Part shown: one piece after another, positions 1-12,894 of the stretch | Layout: each line of letters starts with the position of its first letter | Position numbering within the stretch: position 1 is the stretch's first letter | NCBI GenBank assembly: GCA_012295275.1 | Contig: CM022667.1 | Coordinates: 3,658,001-3,722,000 of the forward strand | Direction: 5' to 3' | Source of the DNA: Chrysomallon squamiferum | Lineage: Eukaryota; Animalia; Mollusca | DNA: 64,000 nt | Notes under the pieces: generated by a model | Told to the model about the DNA's origin: nothing | The model's database searches: none | What the model saw: only the letters and a program-made list of their open reading frames with translations | Translations under genes and position numbers: made by a program

Positions 1-117
1 GGCAGAAAACGTGAATTTGTATATATAACACAGACACACACACATATATATGTACACACCTACACACACACACACGTACACACACACATATAAATATACT
101 GTCATTGGTTCTTTCAG

Positions 118-1672
118 ACCACAGTAGCAATAACGTCGCCAAAGGCCAAACCTATTCTTGTCCGCACTGCAACTACAGCAGCAGCTGCGAAGACGTGGTC
201 GAAGAGCACATAGTGACTCAACACGAGGAGCTGTCACGGAGGTTGCCGTGCCCGCTGTGTCAGGATGAACACAAGAAGAGGTCTGACCTGGAACTGCACC
301 TCGTGCAGGCCCACAATGTCAAACCCGAGGGACTACAGCGCATCCTCAGCATCATCGACATCCCAGACAACCACAACCATGTCTCCGCAGCAACCGAGTT
401 GCCATCATCAACGTCATCATCGTCTTCATCGTCAACATCATCCTCATCATCGTCAGCATCCTTGGAGTATCAGAATCTTGATGAAATGACACGCATTGAT
501 CTGGAGCATATGGAGAACGACCATGCAAAGATTGTCGACGAAGAAGGTAAATGGGGCTGTGAAGAGTGGATGGCTGTGTAGTTGTAGTTCTAGTAGTAGT
601 AGCAGCAGCAGCAGTAGTTGCAGTAGGAGAGATGGCTGTGAGCAGAATGATGCTATAAACAAAATTAGTTCCCCCACCCAAAAAAAAAAAAAATCAAAAG
701 AACTTGATCAGAAGAAAAAAAAAAAAAAAAAAAAAAAAGAGAAACACCTAAGATATTGTAAATGTTTTATAAAAAAAAAAAAAAAAAAAAAATATGGTAA
801 GTGTGGGGAAATATCTTTTAAAAATACCCTGTAAAATGATTTTAAAAAAAATTCCTCTGGACTGCAATTTCAACTGTTTAAATTATCAATCATGTCTGCT
901 CTCCCCCCCTTCCACCTTAGTCCCCCCGCCAGCCAGCCGTGATTTTGCATTAATACGTAGTCTCGTTTCAAGTGCTACATTTAGTCTATATATAAGTATT
1001 TGTTGTTATTTACAGATGTCTTGTATTTTTTTTTTTTTTTTTTTTCCTGCTTAGCTGCAGTTCATTAGCAGATTGGAATGTCGTCATCAAACATTTGTCA
1101 CAAATGTTTAGTATTACATCTGTTTATCTGTTTATTTTAACCTTAAGTCGGCTGTGTTAGTTTGTGAAAACTGCCATTTCTCGTTCTCAAGGTATCGGTC
1201 TTTGTTGTTTTCAAATCACTGTCTTCTGTATATTTGTACCTATTATTTTATCCTTGTTTAAAGCAGTATGTCTAATTTAAAACTATTTGCTGGGATTTTG
1301 GATTTTTTTAGTACGTTTTTTTGTTGTTTTTTTACTGTCAAGATCTTTGTAATATTTTGATAATGAATGAATACTGACGAAATAATTTGAAAGTGTCGAA
1401 GCTTAGAAACATCATTGATTAATATATTTATTTTATAATTTATTAATAGATAATTGTAAAATAAATAAAAATATTAAGTTAAACAAAATTATTGTTTTAA
1501 TATTATGTTATGATATTTTAAGATATATTATAAATTTTTTGAGATTTTAAAAATGTATTAATAGTAAGATTTAAAGATTCATTCTTTTCATTTTTCTAAA
1601 ATTAATTTGAAAATTTATGATCAAGCAGAATTATTATGATTTTCATATTTACTACTGTAGCTATCATTATTA

Positions 1673-1718
<46 letters not shown>

Positions 1719-1991
1719 CTATAAGTACTGCTACTACTACTGCTACTATTATTATGCTACTCCTGTCTATACTACTACAATTACTATTATTAATAATACT
1801 ACTATTACTACTATCGCTATTATTGTTATTATCATCATTGTTATTAGCATCAATATGATTATTATTTGGTTTATATTGTAAATTCATTTATTGATTTGAA
1901 ATGCTAATTTGTATTCAGTTTTATATCCTATCATCATTCTCAGTCAAAAACTAAACTAAATGTAGATGAAAATGGGATTGAAAAGAGATAG

Positions 1992-2042
<51 letters not shown>

Positions 2043-5000
2043 TGTACAATTTTTTTATATAATCTATATGTCTGTGGAATGGTTTGTGTGTCTGTGTTTA
2101 TATCAGTGTTTTGGGTTAGAAATAAATAATATAATCACATTGCTTATTTGTATAGTACTTCAATTTTTAAAAATCAAAAAAGATATTTTCAGTAAGTTTT
2201 ATTATTATTATTTCTTTTCTTTTTTTCTAATCTTAATTAAATGGTTCAGTTTTGTAAGTTTTAATATCCATAAAATAAATATATATTACAATTTTCATTA
2301 CTTTAAATAGAAAATAAAGGACAAAAATCTACAGAGAGATAATTAATTATTAATTTATTTTTATTTTCCCTTTTGCAGGTTTTGACATGTCTGTTCTTTT
2401 GGACAAAAGTGACTCAGACAACCAGTACCGTTGCCAGACCTGCTCCAAGACATTCACCAACATTGACCAGCTCTACGCCCACCAGAACGAACTGGGCCAC
2501 CTGGAGCTGAAGCAGACGCCCCGGGGTCCCGGCTACCTGTGCTGGAAGAAAGGCTGCAACCAGTATTTCAAAACCGCTCAAGCGCTGCAGGTCCACTTCC
2601 GAGAAATCCACGCCAAGCGGCCGAGCGTTTCGTCTGCCGACTGCAGCCAGTACAGTCACCAGTGCAGCCAGTGCACCATGGCCTTCCAGAGTGCAGACAG
2701 GCTGCAGCTGCACAACCAGTACCACCTCGTCAACAGCGTCACGACGTGCAGCGTCTGCACTCAGACATTCCACTCCATCGTGCTGTTGAAGAGGCACTAC
2801 GAGGCCGGTCACCCCGAGGTGAGCGCTGGCGAGATGAGCAAACACAGAACGAACTTAAGTGCTAACATAGCTGTGTTGATGAGCAGCCCGGAAAACCGGA
2901 GGTTCCTGGAGAAATACACAAAATCAAGTGCTACAGTGTCAGGTGCTTCTGATGGACCAGCTAATAATGCTGGATCGGCTTCCAAGGAACTGCTTGGCTC
3001 GTGTGACCAGGAGATGATGTCACTGCAGGACGAGTCGTGTATGATGAACGAAGACGACAATGACATGGACACATCCTGCAGTGATTCTCCTGGAGATCAT
3101 CGAGATTTTGGTGATGGTGATGAGAGAGGTAGTGAAGGCGAAAGATCTGATCAGCCCAGTATTTACAGAGAGGAGCAGTTCATGGAGGACTTCATCAACA
3201 GTCAGGCAATGGCTGAAGGCAGCTATGAAGATCCTTCGAGGAAATTCAAATGCCACAGATGCAAGGCAGCATTTACCAAGCAGAATTATCTGACAGCTCA
3301 CAACAAGACTTTGCAGCATCGCCGAGGTGACAAGATCAGTTACCCAATGGAAAGATACTTGGATCCAAATCGTCCATTCAAATGTGATGTGTGCAAGGAG
3401 TCATTTACCCAGAAGAACATTCTGTTGGTCCACTACAACTCTGTGTCTCATCTACACAAACTGAAGCAAGCAGCACAACAAGGAACTCTCCCACCCTCAA
3501 TATCGGTGGGTCCTCCAACAACAAGTTCATCTCTCCAGTTGCCCACGTCCTCACCTTCTGACTGTGAACAGAAGCCATACCGCTGCAATATCTGTAAAGT
3601 AGCTTACAATCAAGGCAGTACACTGGACATCCACATCCGGTCTGTCGCACACCAGACCAGGGCTTCCAAGATCCACGAGCTGGCCATGACAGGGCAGATT
3701 GACATCAGCCAGATGCTGATAGAACAGCCAGACATATCAAAGGCCTCCACCCAGCAGGTGCAGGCTCTCACTGACATGATTTCACAAACTCAGGCTCAGG
3801 TCTCTGTTGGCAGTCCTCTGCATCCAGGTTCTCTACTCCTTGGAGGAATTCCAGGCTATCCTATGCTGTCTGGCATGCAGCTCCCTACTGTATCATCCAA
3901 CTGCTTGACCATGTCTGAAGAAGACAACAGCAAATCCTCATATAAAATGTCACAGAAGACTAAGGATGAACAGAATTCTCACAGAAGAAGTCCTGCTGAA
4001 GGTGGCTCTGAAAAGAAAAGTAATCCTGTACCAGAAGTGAAGAAAGAGTCAAGTGAAAATTCCAAAGAGGCTGTGCCAAGATCCAGTGAGAAGAGCAAAC
4101 TTAGTGACTCACAGTTGTTTAATATATCAAAGATAATAAACAGTGAACATGGAGATTTCTCTATAGAGAGACATTTACTAAATCAGAGCTTGACACATCG
4201 ATGTAGTAACTGTAATTCCTTCTTCATCAGTGAGGAGGCCCTTCAGATCCATCAGCAGATATACTGCAACTTTCCAGCAGTGACAAGCAGTGCAGCAAAC
4301 AAACCTCGATACATCTGTCGCTTCAAGCCACAAGTCCACAGAAGTCTACTTCAGAACATTGGGTTCGAGTGTGTTATGCAGTTCAATGAGTACAATCAGA
4401 ACATGGAGGTCACCAAGGACAAGACGACAGAGAAGGAGGATGGTAACAACGAGTCAGAGAAAGTTGAAGTGAAAACTGAAACCAAGGGTGAGGAGTCGAG
4501 TGAAATAGATCTTCCTGAAATTAACAAGAGTACCTGTCTTTCCTGCAACAAAGACTTCTCCAGTGTCTGGGTTCTCAAAGCACATCAGGAAGAAGTTCAT
4601 AAGGATCTTGTTCCTACTGATGCAGTTGAAGGTTTCAGTGAAAAGTTCCGAGAAGACTTTGACAAAAAGCTGCCTTTAGATGATGTTCCTACACCAACAT
4701 CCTCAGCAGTCCCAGTGTCATTTCCCAGCACCAACAGCTGTGAGAATCAGGAAATGCCACCTCCACCACCACCACCACCACCACCACCACTTCAAACACA
4801 TTTTGACATGTCTCAGCTGATGCCAATGTTTGGTATGATGCCAATGCCAATGCCAATGAATCTGATGGGTCTTGCAATGCAGACACCACTAGTGTCAATG
4901 ATGCTTCCTCAAGGAACTGACATGCAGAATCTGATGCCTCCGGTTTCTGTAATGGATCCTAACTATGCCACAACACAGCAGCAGCTGCAAGCTGCTCAGA

Positions 5001-7812
5001 ACCAGAAGCGAGTAAGGACAAGGATCAGCGATGAACAGCTGAAGATACTGAGAGGATATTTTGACATCAACAATTCCCCAAGTGAGGAGCAGATTCAGCA
5101 GATGTCAGAGCAGTCAGGTCTTCCACCTAAAGTAATAAAACACTGGTTCAGAAACACCTTGTTCAAAGAGAGGCAGCGAAACAAAGATTCTCCTTACAAC
5201 TTCAGCAATCCACCATCGACATCACTGGATTTGGAAGAGTATGAAAAAACAGGCAAAATACCATCTCTCTCTCCAGTTGTAGTAAAACAGGAGCCCAAAG
5301 ATGATTTTGATGATGATCTAGATGATGATCTTCCCTCTAATAAGAATGATAAGGAGATTGAGTCTGAACCTGAAAGAGAACATGAGCCAGAGAAAGTAGA
5401 GCCTCCGGTTGTTAAGCTGGAAACCCCAAAGCTAGAGCCATCTGAAGAAAAGAGAGAGTTTGAGACTTCGTCTAATGCTTCCACTCCCTCTACAACGTCT
5501 TCCATCAACTCAACACCCACTTGCTCTCTTCCCAGCACACCCACAACTGAAGATCTTCTGCGACACGAGTTCTCTTCGGGATCTATGAGCAAACGGGCCA
5601 ACCGCACCAGATTTACTGACTACCAGATCAAGATGCTACAGGATTATTTTGATCAAAATGCTTACCCCAAAGATGATGAACTGGATCACTTATCCAAAAT
5701 TCTGAACCTGAGTCCCAGAGTTATTGTTGTCTGGTTTCAGAATGCCAGGCAGAAAGTGAGGAAGGTCTATGAGAACCAACCAGCTGCAGAAGCAAAAGAT
5801 GATAACAACTCATATCAACGAACCCCAGGCTTGAACTACCAGTGTAAGAAGTGTAAAGCTGTTTTTCAGAGATACTACGAGCTGATCAAACACCAGAAAC
5901 GACCGTGCTTGCCAGAGAACAACAACACAACCACCCAGTCCTTGATGAGTAAGAATGATGATGACAGTAACTCTACTAGCATGTCTCAGGATGATCTGAG
6001 TCAGTCAGGGAAGTTTTACCGAGTTTCAGCTGAGTGATTCAAAGAGCTCTGCTAATGATGCCAAACACATTCCAACATTTAACTGTGACAAGTGTGAAGC
6101 TTCTTACAACAGACTGGATCTGTGGCAGGAACATCAGAAAGTCCACAGTCTGAACCCGAGTCTCTTCCCATCGTTTTCCTCAAGCAGTGCATTTGGCATG
6201 CTGCAGACACTAGCTCAGCAGGAAGACAGCAAAATCGCTGCAGCAGCAGCAAAGAGGAAAGTAGAGAGTGAGGACGACCAAGATGACCAGCCAAGAGACA
6301 AAAGACTGAGAACAACCATATTACCTGAGCAGCTGGATTATCTGTACCAGAAATACCAGCAAGACTGCAATCCCAGCAGGAAGCAGCTGGAGTCCATTTC
6401 TGCTGATGTTGGACTGAAGAAAAGGGTTGTTCAGGTCTGGTTCCAGAACACCAGAGCTAGAGAAAGAAAAGGACAGTACCGTGCCCACCAGCAGCTGATT
6501 CACAAGAGATGTCCTTTCTGCAGAGCTTTGTTCAGAGCCAAGTCTGCCATGGAGTCTCACCTGGCAACTAAACATCCTGATGAAATGGCCAAGAACGAGA
6601 TAAATGTTGATGCCATTCCAGATGCAGTTATGGATGGATCTAATCCAGCCAGTCCTCAGCCTCATACAGCATCCACATCTAGCTCCAGTCACCCAGGAGA
6701 CTTCAGCAAACTCTTATCACCCAGCATGCAACAGTATTTACCATTTTTACCGTCACCTTCGAATCTCGGCATAAGCTTCTCCCCTGATCCGTTACAGCTG
6801 TCAATGAAGCAGATCTACGAAGACTCCTTCAAGAAGTACATCAACGAGCTGAGTGGATCTGCTCCCCCTCCCACTCCTCCTGCTCCTCCTCAGTCCAGAC
6901 ACAACTCGGAAAGCAGCAGACGCACAGAGCCGGAGAGCGCAGTTGATGAGGCCCCGCTAGATCTGAGTAAACCCATCAAAGTGAGCACTGACATGGACAA
7001 ATCATCCGATGGCCCTTCTACCGACCTCAGCGAGCGAAGTGGTGAGGACCACCACAACAGCAACAACCGGCGCGTCAGTGTGGACGACTCTTTCTCGGAA
7101 ACGCAGTCCGAAAACGCTGACAACGAGGACGGAGACGGCAACATGAGCAGTCCGACGTCTCCATCCAACCTGAGTCAGAGCCACGGTCACCATCATCATC
7201 ATCATCACCAGAACAAGCGCTACCGCACGCAGATGACCAGCAAACAGGTGAAGATCATGAAGCTGTTGTTTGTCGACTACAAGACCCCGACGATGGTGGA
7301 GTGTGAGATGCTTGGCAGTGAGATAGGGCTGCAGAAGAGGGTGGTGCAGGTCTGGTTCCAGAACGCCAGGGCCAAGGAGAAGAAGTCGAAGCTGGCGTAT
7401 TCCAAGACGTTCGGCACGGACGTGGACTTTGTGAAGCCGCCGGAGGAGTGCACCTTCTGCAACTTCAAGTATTCCCACAAGTTCACCGTCCAGGACCACA
7501 TCTTCACCAAGAAGCACATCAACAACGTCAAGGCTTTCATCAACTCGCAGGCCGAAGCTGAGAGAGAGATGTCCGATCCAACGGGGATGTCCTCGCTGAT
7601 GCGACAGCAGCGCGATCTCGACACAACGAGGAAGACGTGGTCGGAGATATCGTCGTCGACACCGCATCTGTCACAGCTGCAGGCTATGGGCATGAATACG
7701 CTGGGATTGCCTGACGCAGTAGGAAGTAAGTTTCCTGATGTCTGTGAGTTAAGGGTTAATGTGTGATTAAATAAATAGTTAAAAATCAAGGAATTCTGAA
7801 AGTGATGTCTCT

Positions 7813-7869
<57 letters not shown>

Positions 7870-9266
7870 TGTGTGTACATATTAAAAAAAATATCTTTAA
7901 AAAACTAAATAAAACTTTCATCTTCTTGTAAATTTGGTTTTTAAAGTTAATCTTTTTTTAATTAAAAGGATTTGTTTTAGTGTATATGTATTTGGTGTGA
8001 GTGTGTGTGTAAAAATTAAGATGTTGTTAACAATGTTTGATGTTTTGTTTCAGTAGGTCGTCCTCTGAGTCTAGGTACAGGTCATGCAGGGTCAGATACA
8101 AGCACACCAAAGAAAATTCAAGATGTCCGCAAAGAGGAAACAGAAATTAGGAAGAAAGAGATCAAACCAGAAGGTCAGTTCACAAAACCCTTTTATTCAG
8201 ATGAGATATGTAGTCATTAGTAGTCATCAGATAAGATATGTAGTCATCAGATATGATATGTAGTCATTAGTAGTCATCAGATAAGATATGTAGTCATCAG
8301 ATATGATATGTAGTCATTAGTAGTCATCAGATAAGATATGTAGTCATTAGTAGTCATCAACAAGATATGTAGTATAGAGATAACTAATTTTCTGTTTCTT
8401 TTTAAGTTAGTATCTGAGCCAGATGTAAATAAAGTATAAAACTGTTGTTTAGTGAAATAGAAGTCTCTGTTATTTTTAATAAAACATAAGACTCTGTTAT
8501 TTAATAAAACATAAAACTCTGTTATTTAGTAAAATATAAAACTCTATTGTTTAATAAAACATAAAACTCTGTTATTTAATCAAATATAAAACTCTGTTAT
8601 TTAATCAAATATAAAACTCTTACAGCTTCCAGTAGTTCAAAGCAACAGGAACAGGCTCAAGCAATGGCGTCTGCAGAAATGGCAATGAACGCCCAGATGA
8701 TGGCGCTAGGGGGGTACCTGCCTGGCATGGACCCCTCCTTCCTCCAGTACATGTACCCTGGCCTTCCTGGGTACTTCCCTGGCATGGGCCTTCCCATGAT
8801 GCAACCAGGATTATTCCCAGGTATGTTTTGTTATATCTGATAAATCAGTAGCAGGTGTTTTTTAGTACACTTTGTAGTTTTAACTGTATTTTTCCATTTT
8901 ATTTTCTTTCTCAGTATCGAATTATTTATAACTTTAATATTTGCAATACAATATATATTTTGTAAGTTTTAATAACAGTTTTTTATTTATTTTAAAGTAA
9001 TTGTTTTGTTCTGGCTTATTATTTTATTAAAGGGTCTAATTTTTAAAAGTCTAGGTACTGTTTCTTCTATATTGTTTGTTTTTTAAGATGGGAAGATTTC
9101 TTATTTATTTTATCTTATTTATTTGTTTATTATTTTTGTTATTAACACACACTTGCATGCATGTATGCATGCACAAGTGTGCACACACACACACACACAC
9201 ACAGTACACACATACAAATACACCATCACATGTCCACACATACACACTCCAAATACAATTTACATA

Positions 9267-9306
<40 letters not shown>

Positions 9307-9998
9307 TTCTTTTATCTGCTGCTTTTGTTTCACTGTGTCTTTCTCATAGCACATTTTTAATTCAAACAATCATGTTTTTTGGTTCAGGTCTTGGTGCAGA
9401 ACACATGATGGCTTACGACCCTCTGTCCTTCGGGACTCCTCTTCCTCTGCTGCAGATTCCACAGCAAGCCATCAAACTGGTGAGCGAGAAGCTGGAGGAC
9501 TCCCGCTGCTCTCTCGCCCAGTACACCCAGGACTGCAAGTGTCTCTCCGACCTGAAGCCTCTCGTCAGCAGCGCAGACTACAGCTGCGCCCACGAGACCA
9601 TGGTCGACGTGGGCTACATCTGCAAGAAGTGTCAGATCGTGTACCCGGCCAAGGAGGCGTGCGTGAGCCACCAGCGGATGGTGTGCTTCCCTGGGGGCAA
9701 GATCCCCGACAACACGAAGCCGATGTTGAAGCTGGAGCAGATTCAGTACGGATGTCGGGCGTGCTCGGAGAAATTCTCCACGCTGTACGAGTTCAAACTA
9801 CACTGCCAGATGGAGACGCACAAGGTGAAGGTCAGCAAGATGCAGCAGCACGGGAAGAGTCGACAGGAAAATTCGAATGGTGCTGCAACATCGTCACTGA
9901 CGTCGTCTTCGTCGCCGTCTCCGACTAGGAAGCCAACGTCATCTGATTTGTCAAGCAAACTCGGGCACATCGCCCACCTCAAACCAAAGACAGAGTGA
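118..9998 (+). CDS. ZFHX4: Zinc finger homeobox protein, ZFHX3/ZFHX4 (ATBF1/zfh2) family; 3' portion only (5' exons lie upstream of the window)
   Basis: Exons 118-546, 2379-7725, 8054(or 8057)-8173, 8626-8820, 9388-9998; all introns GT-AG, phase 1, frame-consistent. Four ZFHX-type homeodomains: [32 protein letters not shown]; [20 protein letters not shown]; [25 protein letters not shown]; [19 protein letters not shown]. Many C2H2 fingers, e.g. [26 protein letters not shown]. One frameshift at 6000-6034. The gene is probably co-orthologous to vertebrate ZFHX3 and ZFHX4. Confidence 0.95.
2379..7725 (+). CDS. ZFHX4: ZFHX giant coding exon (~5.3 kb) carrying all four homeodomains; the ORF track splits it into 2387-6037 and 6198-7766
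   Basis: Acceptor ttttgcag at 2371-2378; donor A|gtaagt at 7726. The second frame is open from 6000 and encodes the finger [23 protein letters not shown] before Met 6198. Confidence 0.9.
8204..8372. repeat. Intronic tandem repeat of 10-bp subunits arranged in a ~50-bp higher-order unit
   Basis: tagtcattag / tagtcatcag / ataagatatg / tagtcatcag / atatgatatg repeated about 3 times. Confidence 0.9.
8437..8620. repeat. 25-bp minisatellite (~7 copies) ending at the ZFHX splice acceptor
   Basis: Unit aaaactctgttatttaatcaaatat; actct recurs at 8491, 8516, 8541, 8566, 8591 and 8616. Confidence 0.9.
9388..9998 (+). CDS. ZFHX4: ZFHX terminal coding exon with two C-terminal zinc fingers
   Basis: Acceptor ggttcag (AG 9386-9387), phase 1. 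Encodes [20 protein letters not shown] and [25 protein letters not shown]. Stop TGA 9996-9998. Confidence 0.9.
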
Positions 9999-11297
9999 AA
10001 GGTGTTTCTCCTGTGTTTTTTTTTTATTATTCTATTCGGTTTTATTTTACTGTGGAATTTTCCAGATGTTTTTTCTTTCATTGGCTGATTAAGTAGAGTG
10101 ATATAGACAAAACAACACACAGTATTTGGACCACTGGTTTTTCTTTTCCATGATATACGTCATAGCTTGGAAACCACTTCATGTGTAGAGTTCTGAGAGA
10201 GAAAAAAAACAAACAAACAAACAAACAATTCCAAGAACTAGGATTATACACACACATATATATAAGTATACATATCTTGGTGCCTAATGTGGCAGTTTGT
10301 GTATTTCTTCCATTTTTTTTTTTTTTTTTTTTTTTGCATTTATATTGTTGTCATGATCATACAGCTATAGGCTGGGCCATATGAAATATGGCCTCACACA
10401 TTTTAAGAAACAGAAAGAGAGAGAGAAAGAGAGAAAAGAAAGATAACAAGTTTTAGCTATTACAACCACATTTATATATAGTTAAATTTCTAGATTATAG
10501 AAGACCTCCTAGAGGAACTTTCATAGTTTTAATTCATCTCTTCTTTTTTTTTTTTTTATTGTTATTATTATTATTTAGTGACATATTGTATTGAAATTTA
10601 ATGTGTTCTTATTTTCACTTGTATGCAGATGATGATACTGTTTATATCAGGGGTAAGGGGAAAAAAAAAATATGTATTAAATACTGTTTATATTGGGGAC
10701 AGGGGGAAATTGTACTTGCCACCATTGTGTGGTGCCTCTGTGTTCCTTCCAGTGTGCCATGTACTATTTTTTTAGGTTTCTTTCTCTGTCGGGTCGACCA
10801 AGTTCAAGGTCATACCTTCCCAATAACCTTTGGCACGGTGGGGGTCGAGGCAGAGCTTATTTTTCGATGTCAAAGAGTTTTTGAATGTTCCTGTAGATGA
10901 CGACAACCTGCAAAACTGATCAGTGTCGACAGAGTAGTAGCTGACAGCAGTAGTGGCCCATGTTGCCGATGTAGCGTGGATCCTGGAATAAAACAGAAGA
11001 AAGTTTCATATGATCAATATTTTTCATGAAATTACAGACGTTTTTTTTTTTTTTTTTTTGTAATAGACTGGTTTATTCTGGGATTTACAGTACTTCTCAA
11101 ATCGCACAGAAACATGCATATATGTCAGTGTGTGTCTGTGTGTGTGTGTGTGTGTCTGTGAGTGCGTGCGTGTGAGCGTTTGTTTGTTAAATGTTATTTC
11201 TTTATAGTTTTGTGTTAGATACACATCTGAAAGCATGTTAGTGACTTCATATACATCATCGCAATGATGTAGTTGTCGATGTTATTATTATTATTAT

Positions 11298-11339
<42 letters not shown>

Positions 11340-12328
11340 GTCTTCCCTCCTCCTGTTTGGTGTGATGAGCAGATTGATTGTTCATGTTTTTCAGGTTCTC
11401 TTGTTTTTTTTTTTTTTTGTGAGCTTTTATATCCTTATACAATGACCATGTCATGTAGTCTGTTTCTGATTCAGTGTTAAATGTATTTGTACCCGGCAGG
11501 CAGTTTTACACATTGTCTAAGTGTTGTTGGTCTAAAAACCCATCCCTCTTTATCTTGATAATGTTCAGTTCTAAACTGTTAGCCGATTTTGAGATCTGTT
11601 TGTGTTGGTCTAAAAACCATGCCTCTGTTTCTTTGAAAGATATATTTTTGCCGTACCGCTCGGTCTAAAACACACATTTATCCGTAACTGTAAAATTCTT
11701 CAGAATTACAAAGCAATAGTCATTATCTTGATGATGAATTTTTTTTAATGTTCAAATTTTAACTTTTCTGATGGCATTTTTGTTCCATTGAAAAATTAAT
11801 TTTAATCTTTAAAGTAACTTTTTTCAATTAAAAGTTTATCTTTGTTTTCTAAAATGCATTTCCATTTTAAACATTTGTTCATCTTCTTTTATTTTATTTT
11901 ATTTATTTATTTAGAATTTTTTTATTTAGCAGACTGTTTATTGCTATAAAAAAAAAGAAGAGAATTACTAATTGTTACGATATCTGAATCAGTTTGAATT
12001 ATGCTTAAAAGTTTTTCTTTCTTTAATATCTCAAGCTTTATACCACAAAAAAAGTTAGACAAGCTGCTCTTCTTGTTCATAGAAGTGTAACAAGTAAATA
12101 AATAAAATGAAAAAAGCTAAATAAATAATTAAATAAATAAATAAATAGGATACTGGACCACACAGCAGAATATATATTTTACATATTATATAATTTACGA
12201 TTTTTTTTATATACATTTTCTTTTTCAAAAACAAAAAAACAAAACATTATTTAAAAAAAAAAAAATCTGATCCATAATGAATAAATCAGAATATTTAGGT
12301 TGTGGTTTATTTCTAATTAGGGCATTTA

Positions 12329-12362
<34 letters not shown>

Positions 12363-12855
12363 TTTCAATGCAAAAAGAAAGAATATATTTGACTAAGATT
12401 TTCTTATGTTATGATAGGTAAACAGGTATCTGTCAGTTCGAACTGGTTGTTAAACAGATGATTATGACATATTGTTACCATGACAACAGTTACATCATGA
12501 CTATCCTTTAGTTGATGACGTGGTTAGGCTTCAGATGGTAAAAGTACAACATCATTTGTCTTCATTTGTTATAATTGTTGAATTTATTTTTATGTTTTTC
12601 TTCTTTCTTTGTTTTTTATAAAAAAAAAAAAAAAAAAAACTTTTTTTAAATCTTGACTTACATATTTTATTAATGGTGATAGTAGTACCTGAACATTGTG
12701 ATGTTAATTTTGTTTGTTCAGTTTTCTTTTTCTTTTTATTATTATTAGTAGTAGTAGTAACATTATTATTCTTATTTATTTATTTATTATTATTAATATT
12801 ATTATTATTTATTATTTATTATTATTTTTTATTACCATTACTTTATTATTATTAT

Positions 12856-12894
<39 letters not shown>

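Noticed and set aside
1636-2310. Low-complexity ORFs (poly-L/Y/I, CVCV, ERER) here and throughout the window
   Set aside because: Translations of (ATT)n, (GT)n and (GA)n microsatellites.
2414-2845. Antisense and alternate-frame ORFs over ZFHX (2414-2845, 5194-5607, 7002-7667, 7277-7921, 9539-9928)
   Set aside because: Shadow ORFs expected from GC3-rich coding sequence; no recognisable domains.
5949-6029. Micro-intron (GTAAGA at 5949 to tttcag at 6029) that might bridge the ZFHX frameshift
   Set aside because: The donor is phase 1 but this acceptor needs phase 0; no nearby AG gives the correct frame.
7180-7210. [12 protein letters not shown] tract as a substrate of neighbouring METTL9 (HxH motif)
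   Set aside because: Such motifs are common, and genomic adjacency gives no evidence of an enzyme-substrate link.
8204-8620. Regular repeats superficially like a CRISPR array (also 39851-40740)
   Set aside because: Head-to-tail units with no unique spacers, located in eukaryotic introns, with no cas genes.
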